This document shows positions 30,005 through 38,861 of a stretch of DNA of 64,000 nt, piece after piece. The first letter of the stretch is position 1, and the number at the start of each line of letters is the position of its first letter. The notes below the pieces were generated by a model that was not told the DNA's origin, did no database searches, and worked only from the letters and a program-made list of their open reading frames with translations. A program made the translations under genes and the position numbers. This DNA comes from an uncultured virus (IMG/VR IMGVR_UViG_3300042691_048250) (taxonomy: Duplodnaviria > Heunggongvirae > Uroviricota > Caudoviricetes), in IMG/VR virus record IMGVR_UViG_3300042691_048250; one strand, 5' to 3'.

Positions 30005-30053
30005 CCACGCTATTCTACCCCGGTTGACCAGAAACCGTCATTTCGGTTATAAT
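29989..30053 (+). promoter_or_regulatory. Early promoter with upstream palindrome
   Basis: GGTAAGTGCCCACTAACC; TTGACC-18-TATAAT. Confidence 0.8.
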
Positions 30054-30083
30054 GTGTGTATAGTGAATAAAAAGGAGCTTGAT

Positions 30084-30428
30084 ATGGAATATACCCAACA
30101 ACAGATCAATGACATCGTATCTGAAGCCAAGACAGCGGCTTATATCGCGGCTGAAGCGTTTTTCAAAGACAAACTTGGTGGACAAGATCGATATGCCTGT
30201 GGCTTCGCCTGGGTCGACATCTACGGAGTCAAGGGTAATACCAAACTTGGCAAGATGCTCACTGCCGCTGGTGTCAAACGTAGCGACTACAAAAAGTGTT
30301 TCTCGATCTGGAATCCATCCGAACATAATTGTCAAAACATTGACACCAAAGAAGCCGGTGCCTATGCGGCCGCCCAGGTTTTTGAAAAACATGGCTTCCG
30401 TGCCTACGCTGGTTCGAGATTAGACTAA
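30084..30428 (+). CDS. Conserved phage hypothetical protein
   Basis: AAGGAG SD; CGFAWV...KEAGA...SRLD. Confidence 0.75.
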   Translation: MEYTQQQINDIVSEAKTAAYIAAEAFFKDKLGGQDRYACGFAWVDIYGVKGNTKLGKMLTAAGVKRSDYKKCFSIWNPSEHNCQNIDTKEAGAYAAAQVFEKHGFRAYAGSRLD

Positions 30429-30437
30429 GGAGCAAAC

Positions 30438-30629
30438 ATGACCTTAGATGCACTCAAAGCAGACATCGTTAAAAGCAAGACCGAGGTCTTACGGCAAAGA
30501 TACGATCTTTATCAAGATCTAAAGAGCCTGGGAGTGAGAGACATCGTCATGCGAGACCTTCTGGAATTAGAACTGGCACGCCGTGGTGTGTTCGAAGATC
30601 TCGGCCCTTATCGCACAGTGAACAGTTAA
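30438..30629 (+). CDS. Small hypothetical protein
   Basis: AAGGAG SD. Confidence 0.65.
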   Translation: MTLDALKADIVKSKTEVLRQRYDLYQDLKSLGVRDIVMRDLLELELARRGVFEDLGPYRTVNS

Positions 30630-30630
30630 A

Positions 30631-30849
30631 ATGCCACGCTACACTTTCGTCCGTCGGAGCATCGTAGAAGAGATTTTCACCGTGACTGCTCCCAACGAGC
30701 ACGATGCACTGGACATGGTATCTGACGGCCATCCCAAGGTTGAAGTCGAACAGGGAGAGTGGGTAGACTGGGCAGAAGACAACTATCACCTGGACTCAGT
30801 AGAAGACGAAGTCACAATGTTTGTCAAAGGAGAAGCAGTCAATGGATAA
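30631..30849 (+). CDS. Small acidic hypothetical protein
   Basis: Packed ORF. Confidence 0.6.
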   Translation: MPRYTFVRRSIVEEIFTVTAPNEHDALDMVSDGHPKVEVEQGEWVDWAEDNYHLDSVEDEVTMFVKGEAVNG

Positions 30850-30997
30850 GACCATGAATGATGTCATAGAAGAACTGATCCATCTCTGCGAGATCCGCAG
30901 TGAACTGGATCTGGAGGCTAACGCAAAGAATGAACGACGTATCGCTGAACTCAATCAAGAGTATCTGCGCCTGCAGGCCTTGGAGCCACAGCAATGA
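30842..30997 (+). CDS. Small hypothetical protein (51 aa, not in ORF track)
   Basis: AAGGAG SD; MDKTMNDVIEELIHLCEIRSELDL...; fills gap with overlaps. Confidence 0.55.
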   Translation: MDKTMNDVIEELIHLCEIRSELDLEANAKNERRIAELNQEYLRLQALEPQQ

Positions 30998-31221
30998 TAT
31001 ATCAACTGGTATTGATAACCAATCTGGGCGTGATCACGCCCTTGGCACAGTTTGACAATCGCATGGACTGTATCCGCGAGCAAGCATACATCCAGAAAAC
31101 CGAACAGTTTTCAGCCACCTGCTTGCCGGCCAACGATGCCCGACATGCCAAGGCACAGATGGAGCAGAGCATGAGGATGATGACAGAAATGATGAACAAG
31201 ATGAAGGAGCAGATGAAATGA
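30994..31221 (+). CDS. Small hypothetical protein
   Basis: GGAG SD, ATGA overlap. Confidence 0.6.
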   Translation: MIYQLVLITNLGVITPLAQFDNRMDCIREQAYIQKTEQFSATCLPANDARHAKAQMEQSMRMMTEMMNKMKEQMK

Positions 31222-31694
31222 ATTGCGATGTCACTCTCACCGCAGACGAGTTCAAGATATTACACAACAGTCTGTATGATCTTAACCAGTTGGCCTATTA
31301 TCACCATGTGCCTAAAGTAGAAGAGATCGTAGAACGCATCCGCAAGGTGGCACTGAAATCGGCCTACGAGCAGGACAATGCGGACTTCGATCGAAAGAAC
31401 CGTGAATACCAGCATTGGCAACAACACTATGGGCTCCGCTCCACTTGGAGCATATACCGGGTCAACAACATGACCACCTGCCATCCCTACAAAGATGCCA
31501 CGCATGTGGTCTATGACGAACATTGGGGTGATAAAGAAATCGTGGTCAAGATCGACGGCCGGGACTGGAACGCTCTGTATCGTGCAGCCGATGCGGCCAT
31601 CCAGCAGTCAGGTGACTCGCATCACTGTTTCATCGAGTCGTTCTCTACCACAGTGGATAAACCTGGGCATTTAAGGTTGCACACCGGGAGTTAA
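31218..31694 (+). CDS. Hypothetical protein
   Basis: AAGGAG SD; SGDSHHCFIE motif. Confidence 0.7.
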   Translation: MNCDVTLTADEFKILHNSLYDLNQLAYYHHVPKVEEIVERIRKVALKSAYEQDNADFDRKNREYQHWQQHYGLRSTWSIYRVNNMTTCHPYKDATHVVYDEHWGDKEIVVKIDGRDWNALYRAADAAIQQSGDSHHCFIESFSTTVDKPGHLRLHTGS

Positions 31695-31697
31695 ATA

Positions 31698-33089
31698 ATG
31701 TCACAAGGCAAAGCACAGGCATTTGACCCCACAGACGAAAAGGCATTTACAGGCACGGTGTCAGCAGACTGGATAACTGATCTCGAGTCATCAGACTCAC
31801 GCATACACAAAGAACAGGTCATCGAAAAGGCCCTGATGGCGGCCAATCTCGGATCAGCCTCGGCACAGGCGTTCCTTTACAACTGCTATCTCGCACTGAA
31901 TCCTTTCCATGTCTACGGGGTGAAGAAGGTACCTGAAAGCCGAGCACTCACCAATCAAGAGAATCCCTGGGTCTCGTTCTGGGGGCTGTGCGAAAGCCTC
32001 CGCACTCGTAGTGTCACTGGTGGCGATGCCCGCAGAGCCATCGAGGCCATGATGGCGAGATTTGATTCTGAACAATGGAACAAGATGTGTAGGCGTGTGC
32101 TGATCAAAGACCTACGCTGTGGTGTGAGTGAAAAGACAGTGAACAAGATCTGCGGACGCACTCAATGGGCCATACCCGTGTTCTCCTGCCAGTTGGCCCA
32201 GGACTCAAATGATCGACCCAAAGACATGCAGGGTCGCAAGCGTCTGGAATGCAAACTGGATGGTGTGCGTGTGCTGGCTGTGTTCAATGGCACGGGTTGC
32301 ACGCTGTACAGCCGCAATGGCAAGGCCTTTGAGAACTTTCCGCAGATCCAGGAGTTCCTGGAAGACAATCGCCACTTGTTCGCACATGGCGCCAGGACCG
32401 GTGGACGGTTCGTGCTGGATGGCGAGATCGTGGGCGAATCATTCCAGAAACTCATGCGACAAGCACATCGCAAGAGCGATGCTGAGACCACGGGCATGGT
32501 ATATCATGTGTTTGACATGATCCCTTTGGAAGATTTCGAGCGTGGACACTGGAATGCCCAGCAACACAAACGACTAACCCTGTTAGACCGAGCCCGTGAG
32601 CGGCTGACCAAGACCGATCCGGTACAGATCATGCCCGGACTGGAAGTGGATCTCGACACAGCCGAGGGGCAAGACATCATGCGTCGCTTTGCTGAAGACG
32701 CTGTCACAGCCGGCTACGAAGGCATCATGATCAAGGATTTAGATGCGCCTTATGAATGCAAACGAAGCAGTTTTTGGATGAAATGGAAGCCCACCATAAC
32801 GGTGGATTTGAACATCATTGGTTTCGAATCTGGCACCGGTCGTAATCAAGGTCGGTTGGGTGCTATAATTTGCGAAGGAGTTGATAATGGTAGAAATATT
32901 CATGTTAATGTTGGCAGTGGTTTGTCTGATAGCGATCGCGATCAGTACTGGGCCTTACGGCACGATCTGGTTGGTCGAGTGGTTGAAGTCCAAGCGGACG
33001 CAGTCACACAAAACCAAGACGGATCATACAGCCTGAGATTCCCCAGATTTGTAAGATTCCGCGGATTTGAACAAGGAGAAAAACTGTAA
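31698..33089 (+). CDS. ATP-dependent DNA ligase
   Basis: KLDGVR, LDGEI, VFD, EGIMIK, WMKWK, SLRFPRF. Confidence 0.95.
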   Translation: MSQGKAQAFDPTDEKAFTGTVSADWITDLESSDSRIHKEQVIEKALMAANLGSASAQAFLYNCYLALNPFHVYGVKKVPESRALTNQENPWVSFWGLCESLRTRSVTGGDARRAIEAMMARFDSEQWNKMCRRVLIKDLRCGVSEKTVNKICGRTQWAIPVFSCQLAQDSNDRPKDMQGRKRLECKLDGVRVLAVFNGTGCTLYSRNGKAFENFPQIQEFLEDNRHLFAHGARTGGRFVLDGEIVGESFQKLMRQAHRKSDAETTGMVYHVFDMIPLEDFERGHWNAQQHKRLTLLDRARERLTKTDPVQIMPGLEVDLDTAEGQDIMRRFAEDAVTAGYEGIMIKDLDAPYECKRSSFWMKWKPTITVDLNIIGFESGTGRNQGRLGAIICEGVDNGRNIHVNVGSGLSDSDRDQYWALRHDLVGRVVEVQADAVTQNQDGSYSLRFPRFVRFRGFEQGEKL

Positions 33090-33235
33090 TGTTTGATCAG
33101 TATGTCAAAATATTTGATTTGGTGTCCTGGATAGATGCTTGGCTGATCGAGGCTGTGGGCATTATCATTGGAGCCTTTTTTGTTGGTTATGTAGTGATAA
33201 AGGCAGTAACAATTTTTAACGGAGATGAACAATGA
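33089..33235 (+). CDS. Small membrane peptide (48 aa, not in ORF track)
   Basis: TAATG overlap, AAGGAG upstream, one hydrophobic helix. Confidence 0.5.
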   Translation: MFDQYVKIFDLVSWIDAWLIEAVGIIIGAFFVGYVVIKAVTIFNGDEQ

Positions 33236-33301
33236 TACACCCTAAAGAATGGGTTGCCTATATCAAATGGCGTATCCAAAAGATGTTCCGCAATCGCAGA
33301 T

Positions 33302-33451
33302 ATGAGATTTAGGATATACTGGCGCATCGTTAGTCCCTGGATTATTATACCAGCAGTCTTGATATCCACACCTTTCGTCTTGGCCTGGGTATGGATTAAA
33401 AATCCACGACAATGCTGGCGATTATGGCGAGAAAGTAAAAAAATCTATTAA
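33302..33451 (+). CDS. Small membrane peptide
   Basis: MRFRIYW...hydrophobic core, basic tail; ends before terminator. Confidence 0.45.
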   Translation: MRFRIYWRIVSPWIIIPAVLISTPFVLAWVWIKNPRQCWRLWRESKKIY

Positions 33452-33457
33452 CCAAAT

Positions 33458-33479
33458 GCCGCCTCCAGGGCGGCTTTTT
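33458..33479 (+). terminator. Rho-independent terminator
   Basis: GCCGCC-TCCAG-GGCGGC-TTTTT. Confidence 0.8.
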
Positions 33480-33490
33480 GTGTTATAATA

Positions 33491-33725
33491 ACTTTGCAGT
33501 GAAGGAGTATAATGGAAGGCAAGGGTGGATGGAACCCGGGATATCCAGTCCGTGGCGATTAGTCCCAATAAGTCCTTCAAGGTTGAGGCACCACCAGATC
33601 GGATCAGCCGCTGGAAAAGATCCGATCAAAATCGAACTCGTAAGCGACCTTGGGTCGCCACTGCGGTCGAGAGTAAGCCATAGTGGTGCGGCAGGGTGAA
33701 AGCAGGTATCGGCAACTGTATCGAA
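33491..33725 (+). ncRNA. Candidate structured non-coding RNA, family not recognised
   Basis: Extended -10 TGTTATAAT at 33481-33489; six or more nested helices visible by eye; no convincing long ORF. Confidence 0.55.
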
Positions 33726-33745
33726 ACGGAGATCTCTAAACTAAT

Positions 33746-34045
33746 ATGTCAACGCAACTCGATCCTCTTAAAACAACGGCTCCGGAACTGCACCGGTTTT
33801 GGTTCTTTGTATCCACAGAGAAGCAATGGTACGACATCATCCGGGAGTGCCGATCTTGGTTTGGAAAGAACTGGCAAGGCATGGCCAAGGTACGCAAGAA
33901 GTTGAGTGCCCGCCATGGCCGCTTGCGTATCGGACCTATGCCTGTTTGGTTTGAAGTGCCAGATCCGCGATTCGCTACCTGGGTTTCGGTCAAACTCAGC
34001 CTACAAGTTCAGAGTGATGCCAAATATCATTCGGGAGAAAAATAA
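33746..34045 (+). CDS. Hypothetical protein
   Basis: 99 aa, W/basic-rich; VWFEVPDP.FATW. Confidence 0.65.
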   Translation: MSTQLDPLKTTAPELHRFWFFVSTEKQWYDIIRECRSWFGKNWQGMAKVRKKLSARHGRLRIGPMPVWFEVPDPRFATWVSVKLSLQVQSDAKYHSGEK

Positions 34046-34046
34046 T

Positions 34047-34655
34047 ATGCCATTAAATCAAGAATTTTGGAATACCAAACACGAATCAAACGACCTCACG
34101 TGGATCACTGGCAACTATCTACAAAAGTATTACCAATGGCTGGGGATATCAGAAAATGATTTGCGGGATAAAACCGTGTTGGAAATAGGAGTGGGCATGG
34201 GCTATGCTTCGGCACAGATATCTCAACTGTGCGCCGCTCTTTACTGTGCCGATATCAGTGCCAAAGCCCTGCGGCGTGTGTCGCTGATCGCTAAAGGCTG
34301 CTATCAAACCATGGACATCAAATTGGCCCCTCCGGTAGATTTGGCCCTGTGCCATCTTGTGCTGGTCCATTGTGATGATGATGAATTCGTTAGGATAATC
34401 AATGATGTAAATCTGTTGCCCAACGGTCGTCTCATAGTACAAATTTCCGGTCCGGGTCCAGGGGGATTACCGGAACGAGTCAACACTGAATGGCCGCCAG
34501 GCAGCCATTTTTTCCGATCCGCAGATCAAATCAATGATCTGGTGGGCCGGACCAACAAAAAAATAGTAACGCAACTTCCGTCACGGGGAATATTACATGG
34601 AGATTGGTTTCCGCATGTGTGGCACGTGGTATCTTTAGGTAACCAATCCACATGA
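34047..34655 (+). CDS. Class I SAM-dependent methyltransferase
   Basis: VLEIGVGMG, ADIS, LVLVH, LLPNGRL. Confidence 0.8.
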   Translation: MPLNQEFWNTKHESNDLTWITGNYLQKYYQWLGISENDLRDKTVLEIGVGMGYASAQISQLCAALYCADISAKALRRVSLIAKGCYQTMDIKLAPPVDLALCHLVLVHCDDDEFVRIINDVNLLPNGRLIVQISGPGPGGLPERVNTEWPPGSHFFRSADQINDLVGRTNKKIVTQLPSRGILHGDWFPHVWHVVSLGNQST

Positions 34656-34675
34656 AAAAACGATAAATATTCACT

Positions 34676-36214
34676 ATGTTTCTAACTTACCTTATGCTGG
34701 TGGTTGCTTTGTGTTTAAGCGCCATCGCCGCTTTTTATAGTATCATAGGCCTCACTGCTATCTTCGCTTCAGCAGTGATTCCTGTGGCTATCATGGGCTC
34801 GATCTTGGAAATCGCCAAGCTCACAGTCACAGTATGGTTGCACGAATACTGGCATCGTTGCAAGCGTGCCATGAAGGTATATCTGGTGCCAGCCGTGGGC
34901 GTGCTCATGCTGATCACATCCATGGGCATTTTTGGATTCCTATCAAAGGCCCATCTTGATCAGGCTGTGCCAGCAGGCGATGTATCAGCCCAGGTTGCCA
35001 TCTATGATGACAAGATCAAATCGCAACGCGACAACATCGAGGCTGCTCGCAAGGCACTGCGCCAGATGGATGACGCTGTGGACCAACTCATGGCTCGTAG
35101 CCAAGACGAGCAAGGTGCGCAACGTGCAGCCAATCTTCGCAGGAATCAAGGCGCAGAACGCAATAGGTTAAACACAGACATCAGTCGTGCTCAAGCCGAA
35201 ATAGTCAAACTACAAGAACAAAGGGCACCCATAGCCAGCCAGGCTCGCAAGGTAGAGGCCGAGGTTGGACCTATCAAATACATCGCCGCACTGATCTATG
35301 GTGATAACCCCGATGCCAATCTCCTGGAAAAGGCCGTGCGCTGGGTCATAATCATCCTGGTGGTAGTGTTTGATCCCTTGGCCATATTCATGTTGTTGGC
35401 CGCCACAGAAAGTTACAAGTGGGAAAAGTATGGCCGAGATGGTGACCCCAAAGAATCGGACGAGCCACCTCCCAAACAGCCGGTCAATGATGCTGTTCAA
35501 CGAACCCGGATCTGGGCCGAGGATCTATGGAACCGTGTCAGGAGATCGAAAAATGCAAGTGTGGATGATGATGCAACTGTTACCCCGAGTGTGGTTGGAC
35601 AACCTACAAGCAATGATATGGGAATTCAACCCGTGGCTGCGGTGGTGGGACAATCTCAAGGTATACCCCCGGAACAATGGGGCGGATTAGATCTCACTCC
35701 TCGCACACCACCGGCGCCGCAGGTAAAATATGTGGGCGATGCAGATGAAGAAATCGTCGAACCGGACAAAAAGATTGCATTGGAAGATCTCGACAGCGAC
35801 AACGAAGACGACGCTGTGAAACGAGCCAAGACCTTGTGGAAAGAACGCCATCCAGATCAAACGTTGAAAGAGCAACGGGCGTTGTTGGCAGTAGGACGCA
35901 TACCAGAATTACCATGGATGTCACTGGTGCCCGAATGCGAAAAAGACATGATTAGATTTGGTCAACAGAAACCGCAGGATGCTATCAAGGGTGATATCTT
36001 TGTAGACACATCGGCCTTGCCCACGATTTTGTTCAAGTTCAATGGCAGTAAATGGATCGAGGTAGACAAACGCAACACAGATCGTTATGCTTACAATGAT
36101 CAATACATTGATTATCTCATTGATAAGATTGGAACGGGTGAGTATGACCCGGAACTGCTGAGTGATGCCGAAAGATCGCAAATTGAGCAACGTTTGAAGA
36201 AAGGTGATGCGTGA
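34676..36214 (+). CDS. Membrane protein with long coiled-coil
   Basis: Three N-terminal TMs, coiled coil, [11 protein letters not shown] with VFDPLA; late promoter. Confidence 0.75.
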   Translation: MFLTYLMLVVALCLSAIAAFYSIIGLTAIFASAVIPVAIMGSILEIAKLTVTVWLHEYWHRCKRAMKVYLVPAVGVLMLITSMGIFGFLSKAHLDQAVPAGDVSAQVAIYDDKIKSQRDNIEAARKALRQMDDAVDQLMARSQDEQGAQRAANLRRNQGAERNRLNTDISRAQAEIVKLQEQRAPIASQARKVEAEVGPIKYIAALIYGDNPDANLLEKAVRWVIIILVVVFDPLAIFMLLAATESYKWEKYGRDGDPKESDEPPPKQPVNDAVQRTRIWAEDLWNRVRRSKNASVDDDATVTPSVVGQPTSNDMGIQPVAAVVGQSQGIPPEQWGGLDLTPRTPPAPQVKYVGDADEEIVEPDKKIALEDLDSDNEDDAVKRAKTLWKERHPDQTLKEQRALLAVGRIPELPWMSLVPECEKDMIRFGQQKPQDAIKGDIFVDTSALPTILFKFNGSKWIEVDKRNTDRYAYNDQYIDYLIDKIGTGEYDPELLSDAERSQIEQRLKKGDA

Positions 36215-37398
36215 GTGCAGACAAAGTTGGAGCCTGTAGTTTCTGTAACAAACCCAAAGACGCAGTTAAAAAACTCATAGTCAGTGACTCCGTAGCTATT
36301 TGCAACGACTGTGTGCAACTGTGCCAAGATCTATTGCAGGACGAAAAAATAGACCTTGGTACCGTGGCTGATCGCCAGATGGATGCTCGTGCCATCAAGG
36401 AATTTTTGGATCAATATGTGATTGGTCAGGAAGCCAGCAAGATAGTGCTCTCCGTGGCCATAGTCAATCATTACAAGAGATTGTCTGCTAAAGAACAAGA
36501 TTGCGAGATCGCCAAGGCCAATATTTTGATGATTGGTCCCACTGGATCAGGCAAAACCTTGCTGGCCCGCACCGTGGCCCGGTACCTTGATGTTCCTTTT
36601 GTAATCGCTGACGCTACTTCTATCACAGAAGCAGGCTATGTAGGCGATGACGTAGAAAGTCTGATTTCTCGATTGTATGTCACTGCAGGCAACGACGTAG
36701 CAAAAACCCAGCGAGGCATAGTGTTCGTAGACGAGATAGACAAAATAGCTCGTAAAAGCGAAAGCACATCTATCACCAGAGATGTATCCGGCGAAGGAGT
36801 GCAACAGGCCCTGCTAAAAATGGTCGAAGGCACTGTTTGCCGCATACCTGCAGGTGGCGGTCGCAAACACCCTGCGGGTGAAATGATTGAAATTGACACT
36901 GCCAATATCCTGTTTATCGCCGGCGGCGCATTTGTGGGATTAGATAACATCATCAAACAACGTATGTATGGATCCAGCATAGGTTTTGGATCACCGGTAC
37001 GTAGCCACGACGACGTGGATATGAAAAATGTGGTTCCAGATGACTTGGTCAAATATGGTATGATTCCTGAGTTTGTGGGCAGATTTCCCAGCGTGGTAAC
37101 ATTGGACAATTTGGAATTTGGAGACATGCGCCGGATCCTGACCGAAATCAAGCACAACTACGTGGATCAGTATCGCTGGCTGTTTAAGCAAGATGGCATA
37201 GAATTGACCTTTGATCAAGGAGCTCTGGATGCCATAATTGAAAGAGCCATGGCCAGTGGAACAGGTGCCCGTGCTCTGCATTCAGAGATAGAGCGGGCAT
37301 TGATGCCTCATATGTTTGATATCCGAGAATACCGCAAGCAGAGCATAGATAGCCTGCAGGTAACCAAAGACATGGTAAATAAACCACATACATTATAG
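36211..37398 (+). CDS. clpX: ATP-dependent Clp protease ATPase ClpX
   Basis: CSFC...CNDC zinc domain, [29 protein letters not shown] loop, TGARAL. Confidence 0.97.
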   Translation: MSADKVGACSFCNKPKDAVKKLIVSDSVAICNDCVQLCQDLLQDEKIDLGTVADRQMDARAIKEFLDQYVIGQEASKIVLSVAIVNHYKRLSAKEQDCEIAKANILMIGPTGSGKTLLARTVARYLDVPFVIADATSITEAGYVGDDVESLISRLYVTAGNDVAKTQRGIVFVDEIDKIARKSESTSITRDVSGEGVQQALLKMVEGTVCRIPAGGGRKHPAGEMIEIDTANILFIAGGAFVGLDNIIKQRMYGSSIGFGSPVRSHDDVDMKNVVPDDLVKYGMIPEFVGRFPSVVTLDNLEFGDMRRILTEIKHNYVDQYRWLFKQDGIELTFDQGALDAIIERAMASGTGARALHSEIERALMPHMFDIREYRKQSIDSLQVTKDMVNKPHTL

Positions 37399-37404
37399 GA
37401 CGCG

Positions 37405-37626
37405 ATGAAATTTTACGGTAAAACAGTGATAGTGCAAGACGGCAACGTAGAGCGTGCCCTGCGAAAATTCAAGAAAAAAATACAAAATTCGGGCCTGCTT
37501 TTAGAACTGAGAGAAAGAGAAACCTACGTCAAGCCCACCACCCGCCGGAAGATCAAAAAAGGACAAGCTAAAAGCCGCTGGAAAAAATACCTGCGCAGCC
37601 AAAAACTTCCTCCCCGTCAATATTGA
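37405..37626 (+). CDS. rpsU: Ribosomal protein bS21
   Basis: VERALRKFKKK...RERETYVKPT. Confidence 0.9.
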   Translation: MKFYGKTVIVQDGNVERALRKFKKKIQNSGLLLELRERETYVKPTTRRKIKKGQAKSRWKKYLRSQKLPPRQY

Positions 37627-37680
37627 CACTTGCCAAAAAATCCTGTATAAATATATTTGTAGCGCCGATGGTCGGGCTAC
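37623..37680 (+). promoter_or_regulatory. Dual sigma70/late promoter and 5' hairpin of hsp20
   Basis: TTGACA-17-TATAAA overlapping TATAAATA; hairpin 37659-37680. Confidence 0.6.
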
Positions 37681-37716
37681 TTTATAGTCAACTTGCTTAA
37701 CAAAGGAGAAGACATC

Positions 37717-38157
37717 ATGACTAAAATCTCAACGTTTGACCTCACCCCATTCTACCGTTCCACGGTAGGTATCGACAGCCTGTTCGATCGTATCACTCGC
37801 AACATCGACATGGCTGCCAACGCAGGAAATTATCCTCCGTACGACATCGTGAAAACCGGCGACGAATCCTACGAGATCCGCATCGCGGCTGCAGGTTTCC
37901 GCCAGGACGAAATCGATGTAGAGGTCAAAGATGGCCAATTGGTAGTACAAGGCGGTCAGAGCACAGAAGCACGTCCGGAAGTAGAATATCTACATCATGG
38001 CATCTCAAACCGTAGTTTCATCCGCACTTTCCAACTCAGCGACTATGTTGAGGTCAAGGAAGCGGTGATGAAAGACGGCATCCTAACGGTAAAATTAGAG
38101 CGCATGATTCCTGAGGCCATGAAACCCAAGAAAATCGCTATATCTTACCAATCCTAA
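37717..38157 (+). CDS. Small heat shock protein Hsp20/IbpA
   Basis: NYPPYDI, AAAGF, YLHHGISNRSF, DGIL. Confidence 0.95.
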   Translation: MTKISTFDLTPFYRSTVGIDSLFDRITRNIDMAANAGNYPPYDIVKTGDESYEIRIAAAGFRQDEIDVEVKDGQLVVQGGQSTEARPEVEYLHHGISNRSFIRTFQLSDYVEVKEAVMKDGILTVKLERMIPEAMKPKKIAISYQS

Positions 38158-38205
38158 AACCTGTGTAAATACTGGAGGGGCTTGTCCCCTCCGCTGGAGA
38201 TCACG

Positions 38206-38514
38206 ATGATGGCAGATGCAGAAACAAAAACAAGAGTCCGACAAAAAGCAACGATCAAAGAACCACCTATGTTCAAAGTTATCTATATCAACGACAACCA
38301 GACCTCTGTTGAATTCGTAGTTGAAACCTTGATCGAACACTTTGATTACACAGCACACACGGCCGAGCAACTAACCATGGATATACATCAAGCCGGATCG
38401 GCCGTGGTAGCCGTTTTGCCTTATGAGATTGCTGAACAGAAAGGCATTGAAATCACGGTAGAAGCTCGCAGCCAAAACTATCCCTTACAAATCAAACTTG
38501 AACCGGACGCATAA
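38206..38514 (+). CDS. clpS: Clp adaptor ClpS
   Basis: PPMFKVIYINDNQTSVEFV, IHQAG, EIAEQK, YPL. Confidence 0.92.
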   Translation: MMADAETKTRVRQKATIKEPPMFKVIYINDNQTSVEFVVETLIEHFDYTAHTAEQLTMDIHQAGSAVVAVLPYEIAEQKGIEITVEARSQNYPLQIKLEPDA

Positions 38515-38861
38515 TGAACGTTGTTTTTAGCAGAGAATCAATTCCTCTGGATGGAAAATACACAGCCTTAGAACTTGATACAATCATAGTTGATGGTCAG
38601 GACCCTGTGACAGCATTTTGTCTTGTTGAAAATATTCCTATCACAGAGATCACAGCCACTGACAACTGGATCTCTCTACACGCAGACTTGATCAAAAATT
38701 ATAAATTGCGCAACTGGGAGTTTTGTGAGCATGCGCTCGAGCATCTCATGGGCAAATGGAATCGCGAAGCCGACAGTTTTTATATTGATCTAAGCCAGCG
38801 CATCACCGAACTCAAAGAACAAGATCTCGGTCCGGATTGGAATGGCATCATTCGCCGCTGA
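38514..38861 (+). CDS. Hypothetical protein
   Basis: LELDT motif, TPR-like C-terminus. Confidence 0.65.
   Translation: MNVVFSRESIPLDGKYTALELDTIIVDGQDPVTAFCLVENIPITEITATDNWISLHADLIKNYKLRNWEFCEHALEHLMGKWNREADSFYIDLSQRITELKEQDLGPDWNGIIRR

Noticed and set aside
33690..33706. SRP helix 8 or RNase P resemblance (CAGGGTGAAAGCAG)
   Set aside because: No room for the SRP apical stem; RNase P CR-I and CR-V sequences not found
33655..33722. Cobalamin riboswitch (GCCACTG and GCAACTGTA present)
   Set aside because: The two motifs are in the reverse of the canonical order and the B12 box and GGGAA elements are missing
33478..33905. ORFs 33478-33699 and 33696-33905 from the track
   Set aside because: Start inside the terminator/promoter, no SD, atypical composition; the second overlaps the better ORF at 33746
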